A DNA stretch of 62,762 nucleotides, filler included, from Choristocarpus tenellus KU-1152 (lineage: Eukaryota; Protista; Phaeophyceae), in NCBI GenBank assembly GCA_964200185.2. It is 7 parts of 7 records of this genome, joined end to end, with 100 filler letters (N's around TTAATTAATTAA, not from the genome) between each part and the next. Parts side by side here need not be neighbours in the genome. Positions count along the whole stretch, not along the records: positions 1 to 10,767 come from CAXNAD020002724.1; positions 10,868 to 16,716 come from CAXNAD020009603.1; 5 more parts are not named here. One strand, written 5' to 3'. The notes below the pieces were generated by a model. It was not told the origin of the DNA. It did not search any database and saw only the letters and a list, made by a program, of their open reading frames with translations. The translations under genes and the position numbers were made by a program. Below, in pieces: positions 1 through 12,524 of this stretch (position 1 is the first letter of the stretch; every line of letters starts with the position of its first letter).

Positions 1-68
1 ATGTGTCAGGGGGGAATTTAAAATTTAAATTCCCCCCTGACACATCTGCAAAATGTCAGAGGGCATAA
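1..68. repeat. Copy of dispersed hairpin-ended repeat (Helentron/DINE-1-like terminus), here folded into a perfect 45-bp palindrome
   Basis: Bases 1-22 are the exact reverse complement of 24-45. Bases 32-68 (CCCCCCTGACACATCTGCAAAATGTCAGAGGGCATAA) match the repeat at 15780-15815 (reverse) and, with mismatches, 52011-52047. Confidence 0.6.
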
Positions 69-689
69 TAATAAAATATAGGTGGGGTACATGAGGGGTG
101 GTATTCAAATTTTCATCAATTGTTTTTAATTTACAAAATATTTGGAATGATTTCAACCAGAAGACTCCTACACACAACCACAAGTTGTGAGGTGTAGAAA
201 CGTTATTGCACCAAACCAAACTCATACATTCACTTTCATCAATCTGCAATATATTATATTTCCTATGAACATGTTCAATTTGGAATAGGACTTGGATGAA
301 GAACAATAAATATGAACGGAACTAAGTTTCTGAAAAGCTACACAACTACATACCTTTTGAAATATATACTCTTATTTTCAGAGTATTATGGTTCGCTCCG
401 ATTTCTCAGAAGCCAACATCAATGAACGATCTCTAATTTATTATTGTACTGGAAATTATTATTGATTGATGGAATGGTTTGATTGATGCATCTAATTTTG
501 TTCCAAATATTATCAAACCACTTCACTTTTTGAGACAATTTCACCAACCAGCTTGAGTATTGGAATAGTATTCGTATTTTCTGGGCAATAGGGATGTAGG
601 TAAGAGATATATTAGAATGGGAACCCTTACTACGAATGATCAATCTGATATTTGCACGTCACCGTCAAATAGGAAATGAGAAAGGTATG

Positions 690-2920
690 ATGGTGTGAGT
701 GGATGTAGGACTATAACCCACCTTCAATCCACTAAATCCTTCGCATCGAATTGAGGAGGGAAGTTGTATCTTCTGTGGTCGTGAGTGTGGCGATCACTAA
801 GCAATCTCCACACAGCATGCTCTTCATCATCAACCTCAAGGTGATTTTTTCTCGGAATTGTTGCTAATCGCTTTGGTGAAGTAATAAGTTCGAAAAGACT
901 ACCGAAAGATAATGTTCGAGTCCACATCATTACGTGGTTTCTATCAAAGAGGGCAAGTTCTTCAACCACTAACGTTGTCCTTTGTTGTTCGCATTTCGAG
1001 CTTAATCAACGAATGAGAATCTTGCCATTTTTCTGGCATACTATGCTTCCGCAGTCTAACATCGCTTCAGAACATTTTTGCTACGATAGAGGGCCTCGTT
1101 ATGTTTACTGTACTTCGTAAAACTGGCGGACTGGTTGCATCCTCTTCTATCGCTCTGGGTGTTGGAGCTAAGGAAATGAATGATCTATCAAGGTACAGTC
1201 AGTGCATCGACTACTGTTGGTTTGATATGTGAGACCATCCACTTTCTTAGCTCTTGCCTTCACGATGAAAGTAGAGGGTCCAGCTAGTCCACCCGATGAA
1301 CGAGGTATAAAGTTTAGAGTCCATTGGAGCATATGAGATCATAAGATGTTGAAGTGATACGGCAGAGGTGATATCTAGAAATGTAGGGGTGTCAAAGTCG
1401 CATTGCATGCTGTCAATATCTCCTGGAGGACCAGGCTGCATGGCTCGTTGAGATGTTCACAACCGCTGAAGAATCAAAAATATTCTTTTAGAAGAGATAT
1501 GTAAACAGTACTTCTTTCGATAGGGATAGATCAAGTTTTTAAATGTCCTAACTTCAAATTTATAGTACATGATGGACCTCAGATAGTTTGAGTGGAATCC
1601 ATGTTCTACTGTGTGGAAACGTAATGACCATACTCTAGAAAGACGATCAAATGATCACGAGAGACTTCCATCAACAAAAACCAAAAGGGGATTTGTAGCA
1701 CAAACGTTAAAAGATTGGATGGGTCTCGAGAGTAAAACAGGATACTTAGACTGGGAGCATTTTCTTCTTTAGCAAAGGCAACTAGAAGTTGAGGTGAACG
1801 TCTTCCACTAGATACACATAGAGGTGCTGAAGCGTGACCTTCCTCCAGCTGTACTGTTCAAGTGATAATCCAGATTATTTTGACGCCCAGTGCCAAGTTG
1901 TATGATGTAATAGTATGTCGGTTTTGATTGAAGGCTGATAGGATTACACACTGGAAAGGCGATATGAGCATGTAAAAAATAACACTCTTTTCACTGAATG
2001 TCATTGATCACACTTAGTGTCCTCTATAACAAGGTAAAACATTTAATTTTTGAGCACTTTAATGTGCCAGTCTTTTGTCTCAATAATTTAATGATCACGA
2101 ATACAGGTTTTTATAAATTGTAAATTTGCTGATGCTTAGTGCGCTGAATAGATCAGATTCAACACTTTCATTCAACCTGTTTGTATAGCGGGTATTTAAT
2201 GCAACATCATGATTGTACTACGTAGATGATTGAACCGAAAGAACAAAGGAGAACGTCAACATAGGAATAGTGAGGTTGGTCCCTACACGCAACATAACTT
2301 TTGAGAACATGTTGATAGAGCAATCCGTATCAACTAAATCGTTGACTACGTCTTTTCTTACATGTGCAATTTGTGCCTCACTATCGCAACATTTTTTTAT
2401 CGTACCTACCTTACAGCTTCTACGTCATCATGTTAAAACACCAAGAACAATGGTCATGATATCATCTAAGGGTTAGTGCTGACATATCTGTCTAGGTTGT
2501 CAATTCTTCGTTTCAAATAATGTTTTTACTTCATGTCAAACATGCAATTACTGTAAGCAGGTTGGTTGTTTTGCACTTGAGCTGTTATTGTTCATTGTTA
2601 TTCACAAATATCCGTACTGACGACGTACCAATTCAATCTTGAGATCTTTGATTTCTCTAATATTTGGAATTATGCCTTGGGAGAACATGGCAACCTCAGG
2701 TGTGTTTGTAGGTACAGTTGAATTCACGGACCTCTTACATGCTAAGTGCGTCTGTGACTATTGTGGACGTATTCAGTGTTTGTGGGACGAAGAGAAGCAT
2801 TTTGCGAACTACTCTACTTCCAGATTACCGCTCTCACAATTTGTTGTGTAGAAGTGTGCTCAACTTGCTCTTTGTTCCAAAGTTCAAAGCAAGTATCAAG
2901 CAATTATAATCGACAATTTT
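690..2920 (-). mobile_element. Degenerate Ty3/Gypsy (chromovirus-type) LTR retrotransposon pol: RNase H end, integrase, chromodomain
   Basis: Hand translation of the minus strand gives broken motifs in the correct order: IVTDALS (~2742-2765, cf. NVVADALSR), SLVII-DRLSR (~1630-1665, cf. ILVVVDRLTK), and LEVDDEEHAVWRLLSDR...DLVD/GYSPTS (~700-850, cf. chromodomain EYEVERILD...YLVKWKGYSP). Many stops and frameshifts. Confidence 0.6.
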
Positions 2921-4298
2921 GATTAATGAGTGTTAATGTGCTTGATTATGTTGTGGAGTTCATTGTAAAATACTCAAGGCTATCTGGGTGTCAAATAAAG
3001 GAAGTTTAGTTACAGGTCACCAAAATCACGTTAAAATAAATATTTTGCACATACTGAATAGTGTACTCTACTGGTAGCTCAAGATAAAAACATTCATTTT
3101 GGTCATTAATGTGTACCTTAGTTAGCATCAGTGAAATGTTTGTTTAGTAGAAGACGAAAGCACTGTTGTAGGAAAGTTATTGAGTGGAGTACACCATTGA
3201 TTGAGAAAGGGTCAATCGACTGGTGTGATACGTTCAAATGCAAGAATATTTGTCATATACTACGTTTCTGTGTGTTACATGAATTTTTCTTGTATGTATT
3301 GCGATTTTTTTTTCAAGAGTGGAGAGGAGAGTTCTCTGAACAAAAGGATATATATGTGTTACCATCTTGTCGTTAGTCCGATCTTGGCACAGTATCCTCC
3401 CTCCATTTTTCCAAGGTTTCCCATTGCTCTTCTCCCCAGGTGTTGGGAAGGTAGACAAGGGTCCCCACATAATCCGAATCTAGCATGCTCATTTCTATGT
3501 CACATTTTTCCAAGCTGTTGGAAATGCACATCTGCTATGAGTGTCTGTGTGGCAGAGATGCCCAAATGCAGTGAGAAAGTTAACTTCCCTGAGATCTGAT
3601 GAGTGGGATGTAAGTTTCTCTTGTCAATACCAAGTGCTGAAAGACCTAGCGCTGCTTTCTTGAGGTCATTAACCTCTACTCGTAATGCTCCTACCGTTTG
3701 TCCCAATATCCAAGCTCTACAGATTGAAGCTTGGTACACATTGGAAAATAGGTTATTGCATACTACTTTCTTTATCAGAGGTTAATCCACGTCTCTTCAG
3801 GGATGTGGATTTCGTTCTTCCAGTGGACAATTCTGTGCCTAATGTGCTCTGTACTCCTCACCCTCAATACCTAGAACATCTCGCCATGAAATAGCTGAAC
3901 CCTTACCTATGTCGATCAACTCTCACACAACCTTTGATGACTCAATCCTCAACGCATTCAGAGTACTTGAGCATGTTTGATTAACAATGGTTTTTAGTGT
4001 CTGTATTTGTCTTTCCCTCCTTCAATGATACTCAGGAAGAAAATGGAATGGATGGCACCAAGGGTACAGTCGCTAGTAAGCTGATGTTAATCGAACAGGT
4101 ACCATATACTTCCTACTACTTGACATAATATATATAGTGAAGAGGTCACAAGTTTATTGTGTGAGGAAATAGAAGAGAACATTGACCAAACTTCAGCAGA
4201 AAGATAGTGCTTAAGGTGCGCCGAGGACATTATATAGTGTACACAGGAGAAGGGAAAAAAATAACGCCACAGTTGACATAGCACCTTGCGAACGTCAG

Positions 4299-4778
4299 GT
4301 AAGGTTTGCGAGTGTTTTGTTATTATTCCCAGTACTAGTATATATATTAGGGTTAGAGGGGCTCCTATAGCAAACTCGTTAGAGAAATGTAGTCGAAAGA
4401 AGGCAGTAGTAGTACGTACGGCATGAGAAGATCAGACCAGTAAAGAAGAACAAGAGGATCGACATCACTACATATCTTCACATACATGTACCGCTTAAGG
4501 TGAACGAAGGGAAGCTAAACAGAAGAAGGGATAGGACAATCGAGTTAAGAAAAGAAAAAAATAACATCCGGGAGGTGATGTTGATGGCCAGGCTGCCTTA
4601 CTTAGCTGCAGGGTTTTTACACCAGGTACAAGTAGCACACATTCCTGCAACACATGCCCCCCTTGTTGATAAGGGAGAAATTTTGCGCACAGCAAACGTC
4701 TCTTATTTATATTCATTCCGCCTTGAACGTCATTGCGCCAGCAACCACACGCTAGTCACTAGTCGCGATTGTGTTACA
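4299..4778 (-). mobile_element. Possible LTR (5' LTR of the Gypsy relic or a solo LTR)
   Basis: On the minus strand it starts TGTAACAC at 4778, contains TATAAATA (~4705-4712) and is CpG-richer than its flanks. It lies upstream of the pol relic. No clean CA end, PBS or TSD seen. Confidence 0.25.
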
Positions 4779-6218
4779 TTTTCACCCCCTATTTGACCAA
4801 ACGTAGACCTCATTTCAGCAAGTGACCCACCGATAATCCTCATTATGCACTAGAAAATTCACATTTAATTCCATCGTACAGAACACAAATGACAATAAAA
4901 TCTTTATCTAGGAAGTCTCACTCTCGGCTCAACAAATTATATTTGGCGAAACCTGAAAATAGCCAATACATTTGGGGCTATGGGGTGAGTGTCATGGGAG
5001 CACTGAAACTTTTTCACCTATTTCTCTAAATCAAGCAAGCAATATTTAATGCATCAACCTCATCTCGTACTACAAATTGCTACTGCATGTAAGGGCGACT
5101 TCCATTGTGTTTTGCATCTGAGTCTGCTTATGTAACATATTATCAGCTCTGGGAGTCTTACTCGCGAGACAAGCACTGTTCATTACCATATCCCTAAATG
5201 AGCAGTTTCACCAAATCTTACGGATACCTGGTTACTGTTAAAGCAAGATGCACACAACCTCAAGGCCTGACCGCTCCCCCACTACATCTACATCATCCAT
5301 CCAAGTGACACCTCAAATCACTCATCATTATCAAAAACACTGTATCCATGCTTGCCCGCATTTATCATGGGATTTCCAGTCTATATGTACTGTCAAGAAA
5401 GCAAGACATAGACACACAAACCTTTCAAGAAGAAGAACCAAATGCACATCAAATTTGGGGGCTAGTAGGATGGCTGGGGAGGGGAGGGGAAGCGACAATT
5501 GGGGCATGGCACAATACATTTAGATGGTTCTAAAGCAAAACAAAAAACCCAATGTGTAACTATGTCTTAATGTCAATTCTTTTTCTCCATCATGATACAG
5601 GATGTCCTCAACATGAGAGGACAACAGATAGCATTACCATGAGAAGTACAGAAGAGAAGCATCTGTGACCCCCATAAATCTCAAAACATGTCAAGAAAAC
5701 TTATATTTGTGACACAGGGCTAGCTCATACCTTGGAGGCACAGTGTCAACCACTAACATGAAGACATGCGCCGTGTAATTCTTGACTGAACATGATCGCG
5801 GTCAACAAATGACAAGACAATAAATTATCTGCCAGAAACAGTACACAAACTAATCAACCCTACTTAATCGCCCATCCTGTAGTAGTACCAAGCACTAGAG
5901 AGAGGTAAGCGTGTCAACATACCTAAACACAGCACTACTCAGGAATTTTTCAACAATATAATCTACGCATATCGTACCCCTTCGATGAACCTTGACAGAG
6001 CCACGCCATGCTTCCTTCTGTCTGCACATTTTCACAGGAATGACACAAGTGCCACAAGCTTTCCTCAACATCATACAAAAAATGCCAGGTTATGTTGTAC
6101 ACGTAAGGTGGGAATGCATCTCAGAACTCTTGAAATTTATCTAGGTATGACAGAAACAAATACCCCACTATCCCTTGCTGTTTACACCATGTTAAGCATC
6201 ATGCCTCCAACTAAAACA

Positions 6219-9200
6219 TCATACTTCCTCCTTAGGACCTCGGAACATCGCAATTACAACAGCATGATCACGCTCAAATGGCTCGAGGGTAATCTGCTCT
6301 ATGGGCTTGAAGTTCTCTTTCTTGAGCACGGACACCTGTACGTCCAAGGGCAACAAGTAGTGGCCATAACATTGCATACAGGTTAAAGTTGATGAGGTCT
6401 TGCTGCGGAGGCGTACCATACAAGCGTAATGAAATTCCCCTCACAAGGCGAAAGAAAAAGAAGAAAATGTTGACATAGTAAGTCAAGCACACACAAGGAA
6501 TTACTTTGTCTCAACTTACCGTCCAAGACTGTTTCTTTACTATGCAGATGAAACAGGCAAGAAAACAACACATCACATACAGGCAGACAACATCGAGAAA
6601 AAATGGTCCTTCGAATTGAGGTTCAAGAAAACAATGCAAAGGGAGGCAGCGCAGTCATCAAGGCAGATTCAAGGACTAACCTCCTGTGCAAACACTGCCT
6701 CCGGTGAAGCTGTTGAGTCAATACAAGATGCTTTGATAGAGATGACACAGTGCCCGCCGGTCTTGAGGTAATATTTCGAATTGCGGCCCACGATACGGGC
6801 CTGATAGCAGATGGTCAGAAGAAATGTGTGGGATTGAGCATGTGTTACAAGAGGGTATTGATATTTCAAGTAAGCGTTCAAATTTATTATTATTATTACA
6901 GGCAACAATATGTACTATGACAACTCCCCACAATTAACACAATTTTATCACTGAAGGCGAAATATGTTGCTATTTTCAAACGTTTCCAGGCTTGCCACTT
7001 CCAACTCCTGCCAATGTGGTTATGACATCGAGTTACTTAGATTTTCATTTCTTCAACCATTTTTGATTCTACGCAGTATGTGTTGACCACAGGTCTGCAA
7101 CCCATCAAACCAGCAGTGTGAACAATTAAAAAAAAGAATAACATGGCGTTTTTTGTTCTAATTGTGTACTCTCAACAGAAATCCTTACCCACCAAACCCC
7201 CTAGTTCACCCCAACCCTAACCCTGAAAAAGAAACAAAACCCCCAAAAACGTGCAAATATTCTGCTCCCACCAGGAGATGATGACGACAACCAGACACAG
7301 ACACTTCTCGTTACTATTTCATTGTGATAGGAGCAACGCAGAAAATCTCCTCTTGCAGAGACACAAAAAGGGTCAAAAAGGGAAACCATATTTTCAATGC
7401 CTGACAAGGCCTTCACATCCCCTTCCTTCCTCCTCTTTTCCAAAAGTCACTAGACATAAAATAATTTGTTTGAGGTACACAATGAATGGAGCAGCAATTA
7501 CACGACACCTCAAAAGTGTGTGCAAACACAATGTGAAATTTCCACTCCTTACACCTCACTTCGCACCCACGAAAACATGAGCTGATCTTCCCTCAACACA
7601 AAATTTTTCCTGCTTCTTGGCAGGCACTATTTCTAGGTTGTGGAAGTAAGATACACTTAGATACCCGCTTCAAACCCAATCAACTTAAGAGGGTATTGTT
7701 GTGAAACGAAAGTATTCATTAATGGAAGATAAATAAATTCCATCTACTCCATTATAATCAAAACACGCCAAAGCACATGAATAAGCTCCACTCCACTTAG
7801 ATTACGCACAATGTGTGTTCACACGAAAAATAAACAATTAAGAACTAACCCTCAAATTTTCGGTTTTGATTGACCAGTAGATAGTCGTATCAAACAGTAA
7901 CTCTTGCAGGTCCCCATTGATCCCAACATCACTCCCTTCAAGTGTTCGGATTTTATATGCTACATGCTGAGAGAGAACAACCATCTCAGTCATATTTCCC
8001 ATGTAAGACAAATTGTACATGGCAGATGCTTTCAATTCCGGAAGGCACCCAAAATGTTTCATTGAAAAAAAGAGTAAGAAATAATAGATGACCACGGGCA
8101 AAAGTTTAGGTTCAAACGCATCTCAACATCTGTACAGAAATCACCCCCAAAATACTCCTCATCATATCAAAATAGAGCCAGTCTAGTGCATGCATTTTGT
8201 TTTAGTAACCCTAGAAAATGAAGCTCATGTGGACATTCACGAATCTAGGAAAACATGTCCCCTGCTGTAATTATGTTTGTAATTTATCATAACCCATCAA
8301 GCAGAAGTCATGCACCACCCACGTGTCACTAGAAGAGACATCCAACCAGTCTTCACAAATATGAGAAGAAACAGACGTCATTCAAGGACACTGCCCTCCC
8401 TCCTGTCATACTCCTGCCTTCACAAGCAAACAAAAACTCTCCAACAGTCCTACCTCCCCCTGTGCTTTTTTTGGTTCAAACAATGCATGAAAGTATAAAA
8501 AAAATGCTAAAAGCAGTAACCCATTATTTTCCATACACACTACATTTCTGCCATTGTAGTGTCACTAATGTCACCCACAATCATACCCTGCACTGATCCC
8601 TTTTCCTCCATTACACATCCTCACTTCCAATAAAAATTAAACCACCAAACTTGAACCCATATATATATACTTGACTTTCACATGCTCAACATGAATGAGA
8701 AAAGTACTCCTCAGGACTACGAATTAGCACCAATAACCCTCACCCTAACCACACTACAAGAGAAAAGACCTTCAATAATGGCTAACCACTAACCCAACTT
8801 TATTCTCCCCCTTCCCACTCCCACTCACTACCCTTCCAAAACCCCCAACCACACCCAAGCAAAGAACTCACCAACTAAACAAATAGCTAAACCACACGCC
8901 ACCACATATCCTACACATTAAACATGAACACACACCTGATCTGGCTGTGCAACATCAGCAAATACACAGTCCACCATTCCCACGAGCATGCGGTACTTGA
9001 GTGGGTGGCGTGCGTCTTCAATGATTGGGACCACATTGGTACGAGACTTGGCCATGTTGATTAGGTCCCTTCCTGGCCTGTGTGCAAACTCCACCGCATA
9101 CACACACCCTTGTGGACCCACAATGTCTGCCACATGTGAAACCGTTGTTCCAGCCGCTGCCCCAAGGTAGAGTACCTGAGGGAAGTGATTTTGGGGAAAA

Positions 9201-10767
9201 TAGGAGAGGACCATTGGAAAAAAAGGGGATTGGAGGGCAACAGATGTAGAAGACAGCTGAGTTTCTCTGAGAGAAACAAGGGCTGCTTATTGTACTCACA
9301 CACGTCCTGGTGTACAATAGGGTGTTAACGAAGAGAAAAATCGACTCCCTATCCATACCAACAGCACAACATTGGACACAAAGGGGTCAGGGGGAACGGG
9401 GTGGGACAGGGGACAGCGCATTGCATGACCCTATGGAGAGGTGAATAGCATCTGTTGACCCACAACCCTTGGAGAGGAATGTGGTACTTTGCAGAGTGCT
9501 TCCAAATTGTTACACATTTGACAATAGAAGCTTTCCCACAAATGAGGCATGAAGTTGAACGGTGGAGGGGAAAACGTTGTCTCTACAGTCTCACATTACC
9601 AAACAGCACCTGATCGTCCAAAAAACTTGGCAAGAAATTGACAACGGGAAAAAAATGCAAAAACCAACTTATGATCACATTTTGTCACCACAATGAACGA
9701 AAGACCCAACCTCACAGGAAATAATCTCCTCTTACTCTACAATATTGCAAGAACGTGACACAAAACACGCAAAGCAGATACATACCCATCTCAACACATA
9801 AATCCTAAAACATTACTCCCAGAACCTGACAATCCAGGTTAGGGTACTCAGTTGTCTATGAATGAGTATATGAAGGGGACATTTGCTTCGTCTTAGCACT
9901 CGCCTTGGACCCTGGGGGCATGTGGATTCCTTCAACACCGCCAAGGATCGCTGCAGCCAACTTCGAGCGGAAGGGGTTCCAGACACGGTATTCAATCTTT
10001 GTAGTGGTTCCGTCTGAACCAGGTGGGCCTTCAACGGAGATGAGCTTTTCTCCGTACACCGCCTATGCAACACCATAGAGTGGTCATAAGATTGATTGCA
10101 TGCTGACAACGAAAATGTGTAAGTCTTCACCTTCTTAGTCTAGTTGGCAGTCGCTATTAAGTGGAAATCGATAGGATTAAGGTTAGATTTGAGTGGCGAG
10201 GATGCGAGGTGTAACATTTCCAAGGTATTATGTCGCACAGTTGTTACTTATCATATCGTGAACGATGTACAAACTCCGCGTAATCAGGTGTGCCCATCCT
10301 AGGCTTGAAGAGGCCCCAAACACAGCCAACCAGATTCAGATAATGAAGGATTATGTGCAAATAGCATTGGAACACTGCTAGTGCGAGAACAGCATCTTCT
10401 TCAGCGGTTACCTCCCAAGTACGCAACTCTACAATCTGCCTGACTGTTCTCGGCGCGAACGGCAGTTGAGATATATATGCTGAAGTTTTCCTTCACTGAA
10501 CGCTACACGTCAAGCAGTGTCAGCCTTTGGGAATCTTACCTTTCCAGGGGCGCTGTTGAGGGTGCACAATGCATCATCCTTTCCCTTAGCTTTAAATACG
10601 CCCTCATGTTCGTATGGCTCCAAAATGACTTTGGCCCCACCCTTCATGCCCCCTCGCCCCCCCCCACCCCTTCCACCACCTCGCCCGCCTCTGCCCCGTC
10701 CACCACCACCCCCCCGTCCACTGCGCCCACCCCTGCCTCCACGCCCGCCATCACGCCCACCTCCCCG
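6219..10767 (-). CDS. FBL: Fibrillarin (rRNA 2'-O-methyltransferase, box C/D snoRNP), 5'-truncated at contig end
   Basis: Exons 10767-10540 (RGG/GAR...[18 protein letters not shown]...APGK), 10062-9904 (AVYGEK...[19 protein letters not shown]...PGSK), 9175-8936 ([20 protein letters not shown]...FADVAQPDQ), 6800-6681 (ARIV...[21 protein letters not shown]), 6335-6219 ([27 protein letters not shown]...stop). All introns are phase 0 and join in frame; intron 2 is GC-AG. Confidence 0.96.
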
Positions 10768-10867
10768 NNNNNNNNNNNNNNNNNNNNNNNNNNNNNNNNN
10801 NNNNNNNNNNNTTAATTAATTAANNNNNNNNNNNNNNNNNNNNNNNNNNNNNNNNNNNNNNNNNNNN
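10768..10867. other. Artificial contig linker (N44-TTAATTAATTAA-N44)
   Basis: 100-bp spacer with a six-frame-stop core; the identical spacer occurs six times. Confidence 0.97.
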
Positions 10868-11285
10868 AGACAGTGAGAGGATGGCTGAGACGATTTATTA
10901 GAAGAAGAGGAGAGAAGGGGGGGGGGGGGGGGGGGGGGGGGGGGGAAGAAAAAAAAAGTGCTCCTTGCACGGCCCCTCGCTAGTCGGGGGGAACAGAGCC
11001 TGTTTTCTCGTGGTATCTTGTACATTATGACCCAGACGATTAGATATGATCTTATCAATTGCTGTTAAGAGCTGACTCGGCTATAATCATAGGTTGCAAG
11101 TCCTCTCAGCTCGGAACTCTGGAATAGCTGTGGTTCTGATAAACCCAATGATAGATAGTGCCGTCGCCCCCCTCCCTTGCCTCCCACTCTACCCATAGCT
11201 CAGTCATGACACACACACACACACAATGTACCCAGCTCACACCAGTGTTGGGTTTCTTCCGTTCTTTCTGTCTCAATGGAGCCAG

Positions 11286-11721
11286 GGAACACTGGGGCTA
11301 CTCTGGGAGGTCCATGCATGTTTGACCCGGCAAGCTTTTTTGGGCACTCTGAGTTTGAGCTGGCTATCATGGAGATGTTTGGGGGTTTCACCGGAGAGTT
11401 CTGGGAGGCGTATCATGCCAAGGTAATGTTTGTGTGTAAAAGTACTGGTATCAAGAGGCACTTCTCTGGTACCCGGGGTGGGGGGGAGGGGGTATGTCTT
11501 CTAGATTGATGCAATCATCGTGCACCTCTTTTGAGTTGCGCATCTTGTGCAGCATGCCTCTTTTTTCATATTTTATTATTAATAGTAGTAACAATTTTAT
11601 GGAATAAAAATAATTGGCGGAGGGGGGGGGGGGGGGGGGGGGGGGGGAGATATTTATATAAAAAAAAGAAGAAAAAGATTTGGGTGGGGGAAGAGAAAAA
11701 AAAATTANNNNNNNNCCTTCT

Positions 11722-11762
<41 letters not shown>

Positions 11763-11781
11763 TTAAGGGGAGAAAAAAGGT

Positions 11782-11819
<38 letters not shown>

Positions 11820-12524
11820 GCGGAGTCAATTGTTGCAAAATAAGGCTACAACACTATGGCTTGTGGTGAAGAAGAAAATCGATATCTGCATAACTCCCAC
11901 CTGTTTATGTGTACAAAGTAGTACCAATCTATACCGTGGGATCTGAATGGGTGAAGAGAGCCGTTTCATCCCTCTTCTTGGCACAAGAGTCCTCTAACCC
12001 TAACCCTAACCCTAACCCTAACCCTAACCCTAGAGGTGTTTTGCGCACCGTAACCAACTTGAACCAAGAAAACTGTCAACACCCCCTCGCTCTCCCGATT
12101 TTTTACTGCGGTGAAGTAGCAAATGTTTTAAAGACGCCTCCTCTCCTTTTTCAGTTGTGCTCTGCGCCCCACCAAGAATATAAACACACGAGCGCACCTG
12201 TTTGTAGTTGGTGGATTAGGGCGCCTCCTGCTAAGGCATCTTGGCTTCACCACAAAGCCACAATGAAGCTCCAACCCTCCTGCGTTATTTCGACGTCCAC
12301 GTGTCTCAATGTAAAGCCCTCCCCCTGACCCCATTCAAATGAATTTTTTTCATTGACTTGTACAGGTGCCTAAGGCAAGTGGCTTTTCGGACAGGCAGAA
12401 GCTGTACAAGTTGTACCACTACCTCAACCAACTCAACTTGTTCGGAGATCCCAAAGTACGCCAGACTGTGGAGGGGCTGGTGGATGAGATCCTTCCCGCG
12501 GCAGAAGGCGTCTCAGTAACATAA
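11286..12524 (+). CDS. Fructosamine-3-kinase / ketosamine-3-kinase family protein, last two exons
   Basis: Exon 11286-11422 (GNTGAT...PCMFDPASFFGHSEFELAIMEMFGGFTGEFWEAYHAK, donor GTAATG) and exon 12366-12524 (VPKASGFSDRQKLYKLYHYLNQLNLFG...stop). FDPA-x-x-GH-x-E-x-ELA...FGGF and LY-x-LYHYLN-x-x-NLFG are FN3K-family motifs. Confidence 0.9.
11994..12032 (+). repeat. Interstitial telomere-type repeat (TAACCC)x6 in an intron of the FN3K-family gene
   Basis: Six perfect TAACCC units at 11995-12030. Confidence 0.9.

Noticed and set aside
6336-10539. Intronic box C/D snoRNAs in fibrillarin introns
   Set aside because: TGATGA occurs on the minus strand at ~8164-8159 and 6660-6655, but I found no suitably spaced CTGA with a terminal stem. 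A snoRNA covariance-model search would be needed.
10477-10819. Pro-rich plus-strand ORFs
   Set aside because: Antisense shadow of the fibrillarin RGG exon.
10812-10823. TTAATTAATTAA motif recurring six times between N runs
   Set aside because: Artificial six-frame-stop linker used to concatenate contigs; genes on either side are not neighbours.
11560-11820. Poly-G/poly-T/poly-A runs and the GGGG/FFFF/KKKK ORF; possible G-quadruplex
   Set aside because: Surrounds an N gap and looks like low-quality sequence around homopolymers.
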